64,000 nucleotides of DNA from Malacoraja senta (lineage: Eukaryota), in NCBI GenBank assembly GCA_038087875.1, contig CM075978.1:60016001-60080000 (forward strand), in the 5' to 3' direction. Of this stretch, positions 23,313 through 35,809 are shown one piece after another; position 1 is the stretch's first letter; every line of letters starts with the position of its first letter. Under the pieces are notes generated by a model that was not told where the DNA came from, did not search any database, and saw nothing but the letters and a program-made list of their open reading frames with translations. The translations under genes were made by a program, and so were the position numbers.

Positions 23313-23694
23313 CCCTGGATGGATAGATGGATTTCACAACAATAGGAATAGGTTGGCACATGCCCCCAAGAAACCAGAGAAACCTCAGTGGACTGCAGAG
23401 GATGAGAGCCCACAGGTGACAGGATGTTTGTCCAGTGAGTCCACAGGGATCTCCAGGCTGCAGCCAGCCACTCCGGGTTGAGGTTGTCAGGAAGGTCTCT
23501 GAAAATGCCTGCAAGTCGGGCAATAAAAATGGAAAATGCCAGAAACACTCAGCAGGTCGGGCGGAATCTGTGGAGAGAGAAAGTGTGGTCCCAGCATTTT
23601 CTGTTTATATTTTGGATTCCAGTACCAGGAGATTTTCTTTAATGTCTCAGAGAAGACTCCTGCATGGGCCAGTGTTCACATCCACTCTGCGGAA

Positions 23695-23880
23695 GGAAGG
23701 TTTACACCGAAGATAGACGAAAAATACTGGAGTAACTCAGCGGGACAGGCAGCATCTCTGGAGAGAAGCATTCGGTGATATTTCAGTCTGAAGGTCTCGA
23801 CCCAAAACGTCACCCATTCCTTCTCTCCAGAGATGCTGCCTGCCCCACTGAGTTGCTCCAGCATTTTGTGTCTATCTTCC
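23695..23880. repeat. Inverted pair of Penelope-derived terminal repeats
   Basis: ~23708-23770 and ~23818-23879 are near reverse complements of each other. Confidence 0.7.
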
Positions 23881-25344
23881 ACATCCCCTCTGCCGGCTGC
23901 TGTGGTCTTAAGGCAAAGTAAGTGAAATCTCCTCTCCTCAAGTATGAAGTTAGGGAGATCTCCCGAATGCAGCAAGTCGTGGGAATAAGGCAGTGATCCG
24001 TGGCTGCAGCATGGGATGGTGCTGAAGCCACAACACTGAGTGATTGTGGTGTAACCCTATTCCCAACAGGCAGCACCATCGAGGTAGGCACCTTTGAGAT
24101 GGTACTTCAGTGAGAATGAAGAATGCAATGAGTAAATGGCAAAAAATCATCCTGACCATATTGACCATTTGGGGAGAATTTTACACCAGAGATTGTTCAA
24201 GGGAGAAAGGAATTCCTGCCAAAAACTGAGTAGATTCAAGAGTTTCATGACAGCCAATACGAAAACTACAAATCTGTAGAAAACTGCTCGACTCCATGTA
24301 AACCCATTTTAGGAGAGTTGTGCAGGTGCGTTTCTAGTGCAGGTCTGCTTACTGGGGAATCCCACAAGAATTTCAGAGCACATTATTTTTATGCAGCTTC
24401 AAAATAACAAGTTGGTTCCACTACAAGCCTGCCACGCCGAGTAACCCTGATTTAATTACATACAATGAATTTCTTCTAAAATGTAGTGTAGTCTGATGGT
24501 AAAAGATGGTGGTGGGCCAACAGTGGTTACCTCTGCTGCACAAATGAGGTTGTGAAAGGGGGTTGGGGTTGTGTTCATGTACTTACCAGAACTACGCTAT
24601 ATTAGCTGGAGTAGTGCTGCACTTGTGAGGTAGGGAGATTCTCAGACTGGAAGCCAAAAAAATGCATGTTCCAAAAGAGTCAAGAATATTTTATTGTCAT
24701 ATGTCCCAGATAGAACAATGAAATTCTTACTTGCTGCAGCACAACAGAATATGTAAACATAGTACACTGTAAACAATATGATAAACGAGAGAAAAAGTTC
24801 AGTGTGTGTAACAAAACCCCACAATAATAGTGCAATAATAACAATAATTTAGGTAGTTCAGAGCTTATGCCTGCCTTTTTGATGTTTTCACGAAGAGTCC
24901 TTGTTCCAAAACGACCACCCCCCCCCCCCCCCAATTCTTTCTCCGTTACGCGGAACTCGTCAATTATTATCAACTTTTAGCAGCTCATCGTCAAATTCTC
25001 GGACTATTTCTTGCATTGGTCTCCCCTTTCTGGAGCTCTGTCCATCTTAGGAGACAAACTATCCACTGTTTTTTATTACAGATCCACTGAATCCCAAAAC
25101 TACTCCTTTCACCGTTTCTTGTAAGGATCCCATCCCTTTCTGTTTCTCCTTTTCTGCCACATGTTTTGTTCTGGGACTCTTTTAATGTCCTTCTTTAGGA
25201 ACTGTAGGTGTGCATCATCCCTATCGTAGTCAGAGTCGTCACCTGTAATTCCTCCATTTCCAGGGATAGAGTTACCATAGTGCTTACCTTTCATCCAGCC
25301 TTTGCATCTGGCATATGTTTGCCAGCTTCAATGTGATCTCCCCA

Positions 25345-27125
25345 CCAGTCACATCACCGCCCCACCCATCCCTTCCTGCTTTCCGCAGATAAGATTCTCT
25401 CCATAATGGTTTGCTCAACTCACCCCATCCATGTCTTGTCGTCCGGCACATTCCCCTGCAACCCTAGGAGGTGCATTACTTGTCCCTACACTTTCTTCCT
25501 CACCACTATCTAGAGGCCCAAACAGACTTTTCATGTGAGACAAATTCACTTGTACCTCCTCCAATATACAAGAGAGATTGAAGAAGTCTCGACCCGAAAC
25601 GTCGCCTATTCCTTCGCTCCATGGATGCTACCTCACCCGCTGAGTTTCTCCAGCATTTTTGTCTTCCTCCAATATCTGGTCTTTCTGGCATTCATCTCTA
25701 ATTGGTTCCTGCAGCAGCTCAGTTAGTGGGGGATCCAAGACTTTAATAGGGATTGTACAGCAAAGATTTAAGAAGCAAAGGGAAAAGCTTTTAAAAAACA
25801 TGAAAGCAAGTTAATTTCATTGGGTCTCGCTCTGGGTTCTGCATGAGTGAGACCAAGCGACGACTAGACAAATGCTCTGCCGAACACCTGCACTCTGTCT
25901 GCAAGTGCCAACTTGAGGTCTGATCGGATTTTTCTTCACTCCTTTCCATTGCCACAAAAAAAGTGAGGGTCCTTGGCTTTCTTCACTGGCAACGGCGAGG
26001 CCAAATGCAATGTAGAGGGACAGCACCTCGTGTTCCACTTGAGTAGCCCTCAACACAATGTTGAAAACGTTGAATTCTCCAACCTGTACAGTGTTTTTTT
26101 CTCCTTTATCACCCAGGTCCTCTCACCACCCCTCATTACAGTTTCATTCCCCTTCCCCACCTGGTTCCATCCATCAATCTACACTTTACCTAGAGGGTTT
26201 CCCCTTCCCCTCCAGCACCCCTAATTTATATGGTTCATTATCGTCCTAATCAGACTTCAGGATCTGCAGCCCTTTGCCTGCACTTATCACCTGCCAGCCA
26301 GTATCTACCTGCACTCTCCATCATCAACTAGCTCAATTTGCTCATCACCCCCCAGCTCATCTGCCTTACCTCTTCCCTTCACCTTGTGACACTGGCCATC
26401 TTTCCTCTGCACTTTCAGCCCTGATGAGGGTCAAGATCAGTCAAGACCCAAATCGTTGCCCCCTCCTCTGCCTCCGCAGACTATGCCTGACCTAATGGGT
26501 TCTTCCAGAAGTTCGGGGTATTTTTGCTCCAGATTCCAGTATCTGTAGTCTCGTGCCTTTATAAACACTTTGTGACTTCTTTAAACCAGAGGCTTAGGAA
26601 TTATGATCACAATATGCTTTAAAAAACCTAAGTATATCAATCATGTAATTGTACTTCTCATTTATCTGCCCTGGTTAAAACTGAGCAAAAAATCCAGTGA
26701 TGAAGCAACTTCGCGAGTCAGACAGCATCTGTGGAGGGAATGAACATATCACATTTCAGGTCAGGACCTCCGCTGTCATTTTCACAACACTTTAACTCCC
26801 CCTCCCATTCCCACACTGGCCTTTCTGTCCTGGGCCTCTTCCATTGTCAGAGTGAGCCCAGCGCAAATTGGAGGAACAGCACCTCATATTTCGCTTGGGC
26901 AGCTTACACCCCAACAGTATGAACAATGACTTCTCTAACTTCAAGTAACCCTTGCTTTCCCTCTCTCCACCCCTTCCCAGTTCTCCTACCAGTCTTACTG
27001 TCTCCGACTACATTTTACATCTGTACCGCCCACTCTTCTGACATCAATCTGAAGGGTCTCGACCTAAAATGTCACCCATTCCTTCTCTCCAGAGATCCCG
27101 CCTGTCCCACTGAGTTATCTTCGAT
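25345..27125 (+). mobile_element. Cluster of degraded Penelope-like fragments
   Basis: GIY-YIG C-terminal remnants (HFNSPSHSHTGLSVLGLFHCQSE; EEQHLIFRLG-like) and associated terminal repeats. Confidence 0.7.
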
Positions 27126-28332
27126 TTAAACCAGCATCTGCGGTTCTTTCCTACACCTTTCTTCAGACAGTCAGTCTTAAAAAGGGTTCTGATCCAAAAC
27201 ATTGTCTGTCCACTCTCTGCATAGATGCTGCCTGACCCACTGAGTTCCTCCAACAGTTTGTTTTTTCGATCAAAATTCTGACATCTGCAATTTCTTGTGT
27301 CTTCAGGGTTAATACTAATGTCTATTGTAAACTTTGGATTTTCTTTGTGTAAATCATAAATAGGGTTGTAACTTTATACTGCTGAGGAATTTTCGTATAC
27401 TTCTATTGCTCAAGAGAAATCGATTCTTGCATGATGCAGTTTGAAAACATTGTAATTTTTTTAGAACGGAGCATTTAATAGCTTCAAAGAACATGTAGGG
27501 ATGCAGAACCAAGGCTTGGACAGAGTGGATGTTTCCACATAGCCTCAGAATTAAAGGACATTCTTTTGATTAGTAGGGGTGTTAGAAGTTATGGGGAAAA
27601 GGCAGGACAATGGGGGTAGAAGGGATAGATCAACCATGATTGAATGGTGGAGTAGACTTGATGGGCCGAATGGCCTAATTTTACTCCAATTACTTATGAT
27701 GTAGCACACATTTAACAAGTTAAGGCTGTTGTACTTAAATTATTGCTGTTACTTCTCCAACGCATTCTTAAATATATTACTTTCACAGGCCTCGATGCTT
27801 ATTGGACTAAATCAAAACACCGAAGACTGCAAATGGCAAGCTATACAATTGATTCACTAGAACTAGCAAGCCGGTGGACCTAATAAAAATTGTTGTTGTG
27901 CCCTTAACTCAGTATAATGGTGGGCTGGATCTCACCGACTTGCTGGTGTTGAGTTTGCAGTAAGTCTTTGACTTTCGTCATGGATATTTGTGATGTATAT
28001 GTACACTGTAAATGGCTCAATTGTATTAATGTATTATCTTTCTACTGACTGGAAAGCACACAAAAGCTTTTCACTGTAGCTCAGCACACATGACAATAAA
28101 CTTAACTGAACCGACTTGCCGACAAGATTCGGACAGATTAATCTGTCACTTTGCCTTCTAAAGGATCTGGTCTTTCTGGGATTCATCACTATGCAGCTCA
28201 GAGTTGGTGCAGGATTCAAGACTTTAATAGGGAAAGTACGGCAAGGATTTAGGAAGTAAAGAGAAACATTAGAACAAGCTAATTTTACGTTATTTACAAG
28301 TGTTTTAACCTCATACCTTTAAAAACATGTTT

Positions 28333-29420
28333 AAGGAACTGCAGATGCTGAAAAATCGAAGGTAGACAAAAATGCTGGAGAAACTCAGCGGGCGAGGCAG
28401 CATCTATGGAGCGAAGGAAATAGGCGACGTTTCGAGTCGAGACCCTTCTTCAGACTGATGTGGGGGTGGGGGCAGGAAGAAGGAAGAGGTGGAGACAGTG
28501 GGCTGTGGGGGAGCTGGGAAGGGGAGGGGAAAGGAGAAAGCAGATACCACCTAAAATTGGAGAAGTAAATGTTCATACTGCTGGGGTGCGAATTACCCAA
28601 GCAAAATATGAGGTGCTGCTCCTCCAATTTACGGTGGGCCTCACTCTGGCCATAGAGGTGGCCCAGAACAGAAAGGTCAGATTCGGAATGGGAGGGGGAG
28701 TTGAAGTGCTGAGCCCCCGGGAGATCAGGTTGGTTATTGCGAACCAAGCGGAGGTGTTGGGCAAAGTGATCGCCAAGCCTACGCTTGGTCTCACCGATGT
28801 AGAGCAGCTGACACCTAGAGCAGCAGATGCAATAGATGGTTGGAGGAGGTGCAGGTGAACCTCTGCCGCACCTGGAAAGACTGCTTGGGTCTTTGGATGG
28901 AGTCAAGGGGGAAGGTAAAGCGACAAGTGTAGGATTTCCTGAGGTTGCAAGGGAAAGCGTCAGGAGAGGGGGTGGTTTGGGTGGGAAGGGACGAATTGAC
29001 CAGGGAGTTACAGAGGGAGCGGTCTCTGCGGAAAGCCGAAAGGGGAGGAGATGGGAAGATGTGGCCAGTGGTGGAATCCCGTTGGAGGTGGCGAAAATGT
29101 CGGAGGATTATTTGTTGTATGTGGCGGCTGGTTGAGTGGAAGGTGAGGACAAGGGGGACTCTGCCCTTGTTACGAATGGGGGGGATGGGGAGTGAGAGCA
29201 GAGTTACGGGGGTATAGAAGAGACCCTGGTGAGAGCCTCACCTATAGTAGAAGAGGGGAACCCCCATTCCCTAAAGAATGAGGACATCTCCGATGCCCTG
29301 GTTTGGAACACCTCATCCTGGGTGCAGATGCGGCGTAGACAGAGGAATTGGGAATAGGGGATGGAGTCCTTACTGGACGCAGGGTAGGAAGAAGTGTAGT
29401 CCAGATAGCCATGGGAGTCA
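28333..29420 (-). mobile_element. Penelope-like retroelement 3' part (RT C-terminus + GIY-YIG endonuclease + terminal repeat)
   Basis: DSHGYLDYTSS...IPYSQFLCLRRIC and IYCICCSRCQLLYIGETKRRLGDHFAQH...LEEQHLIFCLG, followed by the hammerhead-bearing repeat. Confidence 0.9.
28423..28458 (-). ncRNA. Minimal type I hammerhead ribozyme motif of Penelope-like element
   Basis: CUGAAGA-A-GGGUC-UC-GACUC-GAAAC-GUC: CUGANGA and GAAA cores, stem II, palindromic ACGU stem III remnant, and GUC cleavage triplet. Confidence 0.65.
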
Positions 29421-29769
29421 GACATTAAAAACATGTAGTATATTTTAATTCATTTCGATTATTAGCTTTTAAAAGCTCTAAATATGGGAGTTTGCTGCTT
29501 AAATCGTTCATCTTGTCTCCCTGGGCAGTTAAGGCCAGAAGGCTAGGCTCACCCCATTCCCTTATGTCCAATGCAGGCAAAAGGGATGTAAGGTCAGTGG
29601 CGATGATTCAAAGTGGGATGACAGGGCAACATGATCTGACTTCATTTAATAACCAGATGATGCATCTCCATAACTATCCACATTTAAAAGGACTGCTTGG
29701 TTCTTACTTCCAATTCCTCTCATGATCTTGACCAGAAACAACTTGCAATTCTGTGGAAATGTCTTTAAA

Positions 29770-30167
29770 TTGGAATTTAGAAGGATGAGAGGGTATCTTA
29801 TAGAAACATATCAAATTCTTAAGGGATTGGACCGGCTAGATGAAGGAAAAATATTCCCGATGTTGGGGAAGTCCAGAACCAGGGTCACAGTTTAAGAATA
29901 AGAGGTAGGCCTTTTAGGACTGAGATGAGGAAAAACATTTTCACCCAGAGTTGTGAATCTGTAGAATTCTCTGCCACAGAAGGCAGTGAAGGCCAATTCA
30001 ACGGATGTTTTCAAGAGTTAGATATAGCTCTTAGGGCTAATGGAATCAACGGATATGGGGAGAAAGCAGGAATGGGGTACTGATTTTTGATCAGCCATAA
30101 TCATATTGAATGGCGATGCTGGCTCAAAGGGCCAAATGGCCTACTTCTGCACCTATTTTCTATGTTT
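29770..30167 (+). mobile_element. CR1 3' fragment
   Basis: Same family as 11345-11740, with tail CACCTATTTTCTATGT. Confidence 0.85.
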
Positions 30168-30271
30168 AAATGTATTATTGTACCTATTAGTTGCAAAAGG
30201 CATTCCAAATTTAGTAGTATGTTGATCTCATTGGTTTACAGCTTGGGTTGAGGTAAGGCAGATGCAATAAC

Positions 30272-30778
30272 ATCTTGGAGTTGCCGGCCTTTACTGGAGA
30301 CCGATTTTTAGAGCTCTACCGCGGTCGCCTGAGGACTTACCATCGCGGAGCTCGCGATCCCTTTGCCAGGGGTTGACCTCGGGGCTCCAACCATGGGTGC
30401 TTGCAGACTTTAACATCACAGAGCCCGCGGTCTCTGGTCAGAGAACGACTTCGGGAACTCCAAGCCACGCGTTTCGATTGTCTCTACGCGGGGGTTTTGA
30501 TCGCCCCGATGCGGGATTTCGATCAACCGGACGCAGGGGCTTCGACCACTGGCTGCGGGAGCTTTGACTGCCCCGACCACGGGAGAAAAAGAGGAAAAAG
30601 ATTGGATTTTTTGCCTTCCATCAGTTAGGAATGTGGGGAATCTGCTGTGGTGGATGTTTATGTTAACTTTTATGTAGTTGTGTCCTGTTTTTTTTTCGTA
30701 TGGCTGTATAATAATTCGCATATCACTGCACCTTAATTGGTACATGGGACAATAAAAGACCTTTTAAACCCTTTGAAG
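30272..30778 (+). mobile_element. Non-autonomous retroposon with Rex1-like 3' tail
   Basis: CpG-rich body with repeated GCTT(C/T)GA(C/T)C units, ending TTGGTACATGGGACAATAAAAGACCTTT. A related reverse copy lies at ~45892-46176. Confidence 0.5.
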
Positions 30779-31272
30779 ATCATACTGTATTGACAGCTTG
30801 GCCATATCAAGTTACTTTGTCATGTGCAGATAGCAATTATCTTAAGAAGTTCATTCAAGTCACCTGGATATTGAATTTACATATCAGAAATGGTAGCACA
30901 AACCGTCAGCAGAAAAGCACAATTCAACACGATCAGGCAGCAAAGTTTCTGGAATAGGTTGTATCTTGTGCAATTCTTTTCCGTAGTTTATTGGGTGGAA
31001 TGTTGCAGGTGATCAAATAAACTGATGAAATATTTCTCTTATTCTTGAGAGATAAACATAGAAAATAGGTGCTGGAGGAGGCCATTCGGCCCTCCGAGCC
31101 AGCACCGCCATTCATTGTGATCACGGCTGATCGGCTTTATCATGGCTGATAAAGAAGCACGTAAATAATGGCCTCTCATTCAGCATAGATGAGAATCTGC
31201 TGTACAAGACTTTCACGAGTCTTCATCTGAATGGGATTGTCGATTGAATCATAACTAGGTTTGGGGCAGTAA

Positions 31273-31788
31273 AGGGCCTGTCCCACGGGCATGCGACTCC
31301 ATGCGGCAAGCGCGACCTAACCGGAAGCGGGGGCCACGCGGAGGTCGAGTGATCCCCGTACAGGGCCGGTCCCACCAGCATGCGGCAAGCGTTACCAAAC
31401 CGGAAGCGGGGCCGCGCGGAGGTCGAGTGACGTCAAGACGGTGTGTACGGCGGCGAGGCGGTGCGCACGGCTTCGAGGCGGCTGCGTCCGGCGTCGAGGC
31501 GGTGCGCACGGCCTCGAGGCGGCAGCGTCCGGCGTCAAGGCGGTGCGCACGGCCGTCAATGCGGCGCGCACGGCCTCGATGCGGCTGCGGGGCAGCAGGC
31601 CGTTGCCGCGCGGAATTTTTCAACACGGTCAGTTTTTCGGAGCCCCGCGCGATGTCGGGACCAGCTCCGCACAACTCCATACGGCTCTGGCGATCGAAGT
31701 GGGACCAGCCCCGCGACCTCCACACGGCCCCCGCTTGCGGTTAGGTTGCGCTTGCCGCATGGAGTCGCATGCCCGTGGGACAGGCCCT
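31273..31788. mobile_element. PIF/Harbinger-type MITE, complete
   Basis: TIRs of about 75 bp starting AGGGCCTGTCCCAC, 3-bp TSD TAA on both sides, and an internal ~39-bp CpG-rich tandem repeat. Confidence 0.88.
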
Positions 31789-32452
31789 TAATGGGCATGG
31801 GAAATGCTGAGTGATGGTATGGAGAGACAATGTTTTGTTTATACAGGTGAAGGCGGATAAAAGTGAATAATGATTTGTATTTACTGTAGCAGTTATTTGG
31901 AATAAAATGCAACAGTAACAGTGAAAACTTTGGTCTCAAAATTCCCAGGGGAGAGTAATGATACAGTTGTTTGTGAGTGTGAGCAGTTTCCTATTGAAAA
32001 CTTCAACGACTTTTCAGTGCTTTTTTATGTTTGTTCGAGCCCCTTTCCTATCACAAGGCTGGCCAAATTTGTTTCTGGCATGATTTCTAATTTCTCTGAT
32101 CTAAGACTAACACATAGAACAATTCTGCAATGTCAGATGCTGCTTTGTACACACGATGAATTGCTTTAGCTATGGATGATGAAGTCCCTCTCAGTTTCCT
32201 AGCTTTGGGATCATTCCAGTTGCTGGTCTGTGCATATTTTGTTATTGATTACTGTTATGCAAGAATGTCGCTCAAGCTTCATAATGGAGGACAGTAGATT
32301 TAATTAGTTTACCTGCAGCCCATGTAAACAGGCACAGTATCTCCCAGTACTGCAGTCTGCAATGTGCAGGCATTCATGTAGTGACCTCCTTATAGGAGAC
32401 ATACCTGACAACCAAGGACCCGATTGCCCTAGTACATAATGAACATACCACT

Positions 32453-32760
32453 TTTAGTTTAGTTTAGAGATACAGCGCAGAATCAGGCCCTCCGGCCCAC
32501 CGAGTCTGCACCAACCAGCGATCCCTGCACATTAACGTTGTCCTACACACACTAGGGACAATTTACACTTATACCAAGCCAATTAACCTACAAACCTGTA
32601 CGTCTTTGGAGTGTGGGAGGAACCCGAAGATCTCGGAGAAAACCCACGCGGTCATGGGGAGAATGTACAAACTTCATACAAACAGCACTCATAGTCGGGA
32701 TTGAACCCGGTTGTCCGGCGCTGCAAGACAACAACTCTACTGCTGCGTCACTGTGCCGCC
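32453..32760 (-). mobile_element. HE1-like V-SINE
   Basis: Full-length reverse copy with (CTAAA)n tail. Confidence 0.88.
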
Positions 32761-33121
32761 CAAACTTGCAGTTACTGTTCTTCATCTGGCTGCCCAGTCC
32801 TCTCCAATGCCAAGGCAGCACTCTCATTCTGCAGCCTCTCATTGTAGCAATACTCCCCCGCACTAGAAGAGTGCCACTTGTACTGTGGTATCCCATCAAT
32901 GCCATCAGCTGCTAAAATCTTCCATCATTATTCTGCAAACCTCAAAAGTAAAGATCTTTATGGGACTTCCAGACAATATTGGGGTGATGCACAGCACTGA
33001 TTTGTCATTATAAAGAGGCAATTGAACAATTACGAGTCAAATGATTCCTTTCACTGCAGTACCAGTAAGGTACAATAATATGTAAAATGTCTGCAATATA
33101 AAATATATTGATTTTAGTTGT

Positions 33122-33127
33122 TTTATT
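33122..33127 (-). promoter_or_regulatory. Candidate MGA polyadenylation signal (AATAAA)
   Basis: AATAAA on the minus strand about 825 nt past the stop codon, at the end of an AU-rich 3'UTR-like stretch with no recognisable repeat. Confidence 0.55.
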
Positions 33128-33951
33128 GCAAGGTCACATGAGCCCTCTTACCACAGGAGGTTCTAATCAGGTCTGTTAGCAGTATGAATTACCTAAAAAA
33201 ATAGTGCTATCTCGACAAAAGAAAACACAAAAAAACGTAAGAAAAGTCTCTGCTACACATTTTAAAAACCATATTGTGAAATACAGTATTTACACATCTT
33301 CTAATACACACCAGACATTAGATTTGTCGGCTTAACTTCTGCTGCACAACATAATTCATTTTCATTAGATTTAACACAATAATACACAATTTAAATCACA
33401 TTTGTTCTGGTATTCAAAAGGTAGTTTGTGCATTTCAAATGCACCAACATCTTTTCAGAACTTTGGATTATCAAAACACTGAAAGTAATCTTATGCTACA
33501 GTTCAATGATTGCTCTAGCAAGCAAAGCTCAAATTTCATTATACAAGCTACATACAAAAGGTTGCCCGAAAGTTAAGCTTGGAATCTCCATGCTTAAAAT
33601 AAGGAGTTAAAAACTACACAAAAATCCTCCAAATTAGTTAAATTGAAGATTCCACGTAGCAAGATAGAACTAGGAATACCTAGCTTTAGCTGAACTCCCT
33701 GCAAATGATAGCACCGCAGCATTCAGCCATGATCAGCGCAACTTCATGATGGACAATACCAGAAACTGTACATCAGATCCATTATCCAATCCTGCACTTG
33801 GTAATTTAATAACATTCATTACATGATCACCACAGATCTCCAAACCTCAATTTCATATTTAAACTCCCCATTGGAGAGATCGAACATACTTTTGCTTTTT
33901 GTAAAATTACTCTGAGCTGGCAAGAAGCAAAAATTAAGTAATTTTGAAGTT

Positions 33952-35249
33952 CTAGCGTTCTTCCGAAGCAACTTCTGGACTCTCCGTGCTGGTTTGTTGT
34001 GGGGAGGAGATCCGAGCCAAAGCAGGCATAGGCTTGCTACTCTCTGGAGAATTCTCAGATTCTGACTCAGTCTGGTCTGATGATTCACCTTTCCCAGACC
34101 CCTTAACTAAACCAAGTGGTGCCAGCTTAGGCATGGGTCTCCAGAGCAGATCCAAAGAACTTGGGATCTCTGTATCTGTTGAGGAGGTTAACTTCATATG
34201 GATGAGTGGGGGAGGAGAAACGTTTATTGAACTGTTTGAACCACTCATAGAGTTGCCCTCAAAGTCCAGTGTGCAATTATCTAACTCACTCTGAGAATCC
34301 ACAGGCATCTCATCGCCAAGCAATTGTTCAACATTCAAGTCTTCTCCTTCCAGCTGCAACACCAGGGGACTGGTGGAGCCACCACTCCCCCTCCCTTCCA
34401 CATGCTTCAGTACTGTCGTACTGTCAACAGCATCGATGTCCATCAGTCTTACTGGTCCATGGATCAACAATTCATCCATGCTGTCCCCTTGGTTTCCACT
34501 GCCAATAAAGCCCAATGTGTGGTGGTCTGACATTGATGTATCTGGACTTTCTTCATCGGAGAAATGCTGATTTAAAAACGCAAGCTCGTTTAAAAGTGAA
34601 GTGAATGGCTCATATCCCTCAGTGTCCACCATGTCACCAGTTGCTGAGCCATTTGCTTTCAACAATGGTTCGAGGAGCTGAGATGCTGATAGTTCTGCAT
34701 CTCTGTCACTCTGCCCACCAGCTTTGTCCATACTGCATGCCTGCAATCGGCCACTCGTAACCTGCAGTTCCAATTTATCTCCAAGTATTATCTCAGTCAC
34801 AGATGTCGACTCTCCTGGGACCAAATCTTGATTCCAAGAATGTCTTGCATCAGGCAAACCAGACAGATCCAGCGCTTTGGGTAACTCCGCATTCTTGTCA
34901 GCATTCATTGAACGAGAATCTGCAGTCTGTTGGGTTTGTTGCTGGGCACATTCGGATTCGGTGGCCTCTGATGAAACAAGAAATGACATGGCCTCACTTT
35001 CATCAGGTGCAGTAAACTGCCCAGATGACTGCGAGTTGCTCTTTATAATGGGAAAACTTGGTTTCTTACTGGTCATAGGACTGAGCTGTTGTGATGTATG
35101 CTTCCTCCCTTTCATGCTGAAATCAAGTGGCTGTGGAACAAGTGCACAAGAATCATTCGCTTCTTCTAGATTTAGCAATGGGGATTCGCCAGTTGCCAAT
35201 GACGTTACATTCACTATTCTCGGCATCATGAATGAAGACACTTCATCAT
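33952..35249 (-). CDS. MGA: MGA terminal coding exon
   Basis: caccctag|AT acceptor. Begins DDEVSSFMMPRIVNVTSLAT and contains SPPPL and LLWRPMPKLAPLGL, typical of the MGA C-terminus. TAG at 33952-33954. Confidence 0.93.
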
Positions 35250-35809
35250 CTAGGGTGACACACAAAACAAATAAAAATGTAATTGCAAGATTAGTGATCC
35301 ACTATTGATACCTTTTTTTGTAGTTCAGTTTCAATGTACAACAAGTTTATTAACGTTATTTTCGTCTGTCATGTTTCCAGTAATGAAATGTGCAAACAAC
35401 AAATTCCCTCAACCAATATTGCTCCTTAAATGGTTACTGTGAGGTGTGCAACCTCAGCTTGGGTGAGTCACTTCTGATGTGTATTTCCATGAACTGCCAG
35501 GCCATCACCCAGAGGTCAATGATCAGGTATGAAAAAGTAAAATGTGAGAAATATCAAGAAACATCATAAGACACAAATGCTGGAGTAACTCGGGACTGGA
35601 GGGAAAGAAACGTCATCCTTTCCTTCTCTCCAGAGATGCTGCCTGAGTTACTCCAACATTTGCGTCTATCTTCTGTTTAACACAGCATCTGCAGTTCCTT
35701 CCTACACATCAAGAAACACATTTCCTGTACTGTAAATTCATTGTAATTACATGGAAATCCTCATAACAAACATGACTCACATAACATCAGTTAATCTTAT
35801 CTCATATGT

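Noticed and set aside
31255-31939. Arg/Ala-rich ORFs
   Set aside because: Arise from the stop-poor palindromic MITE.
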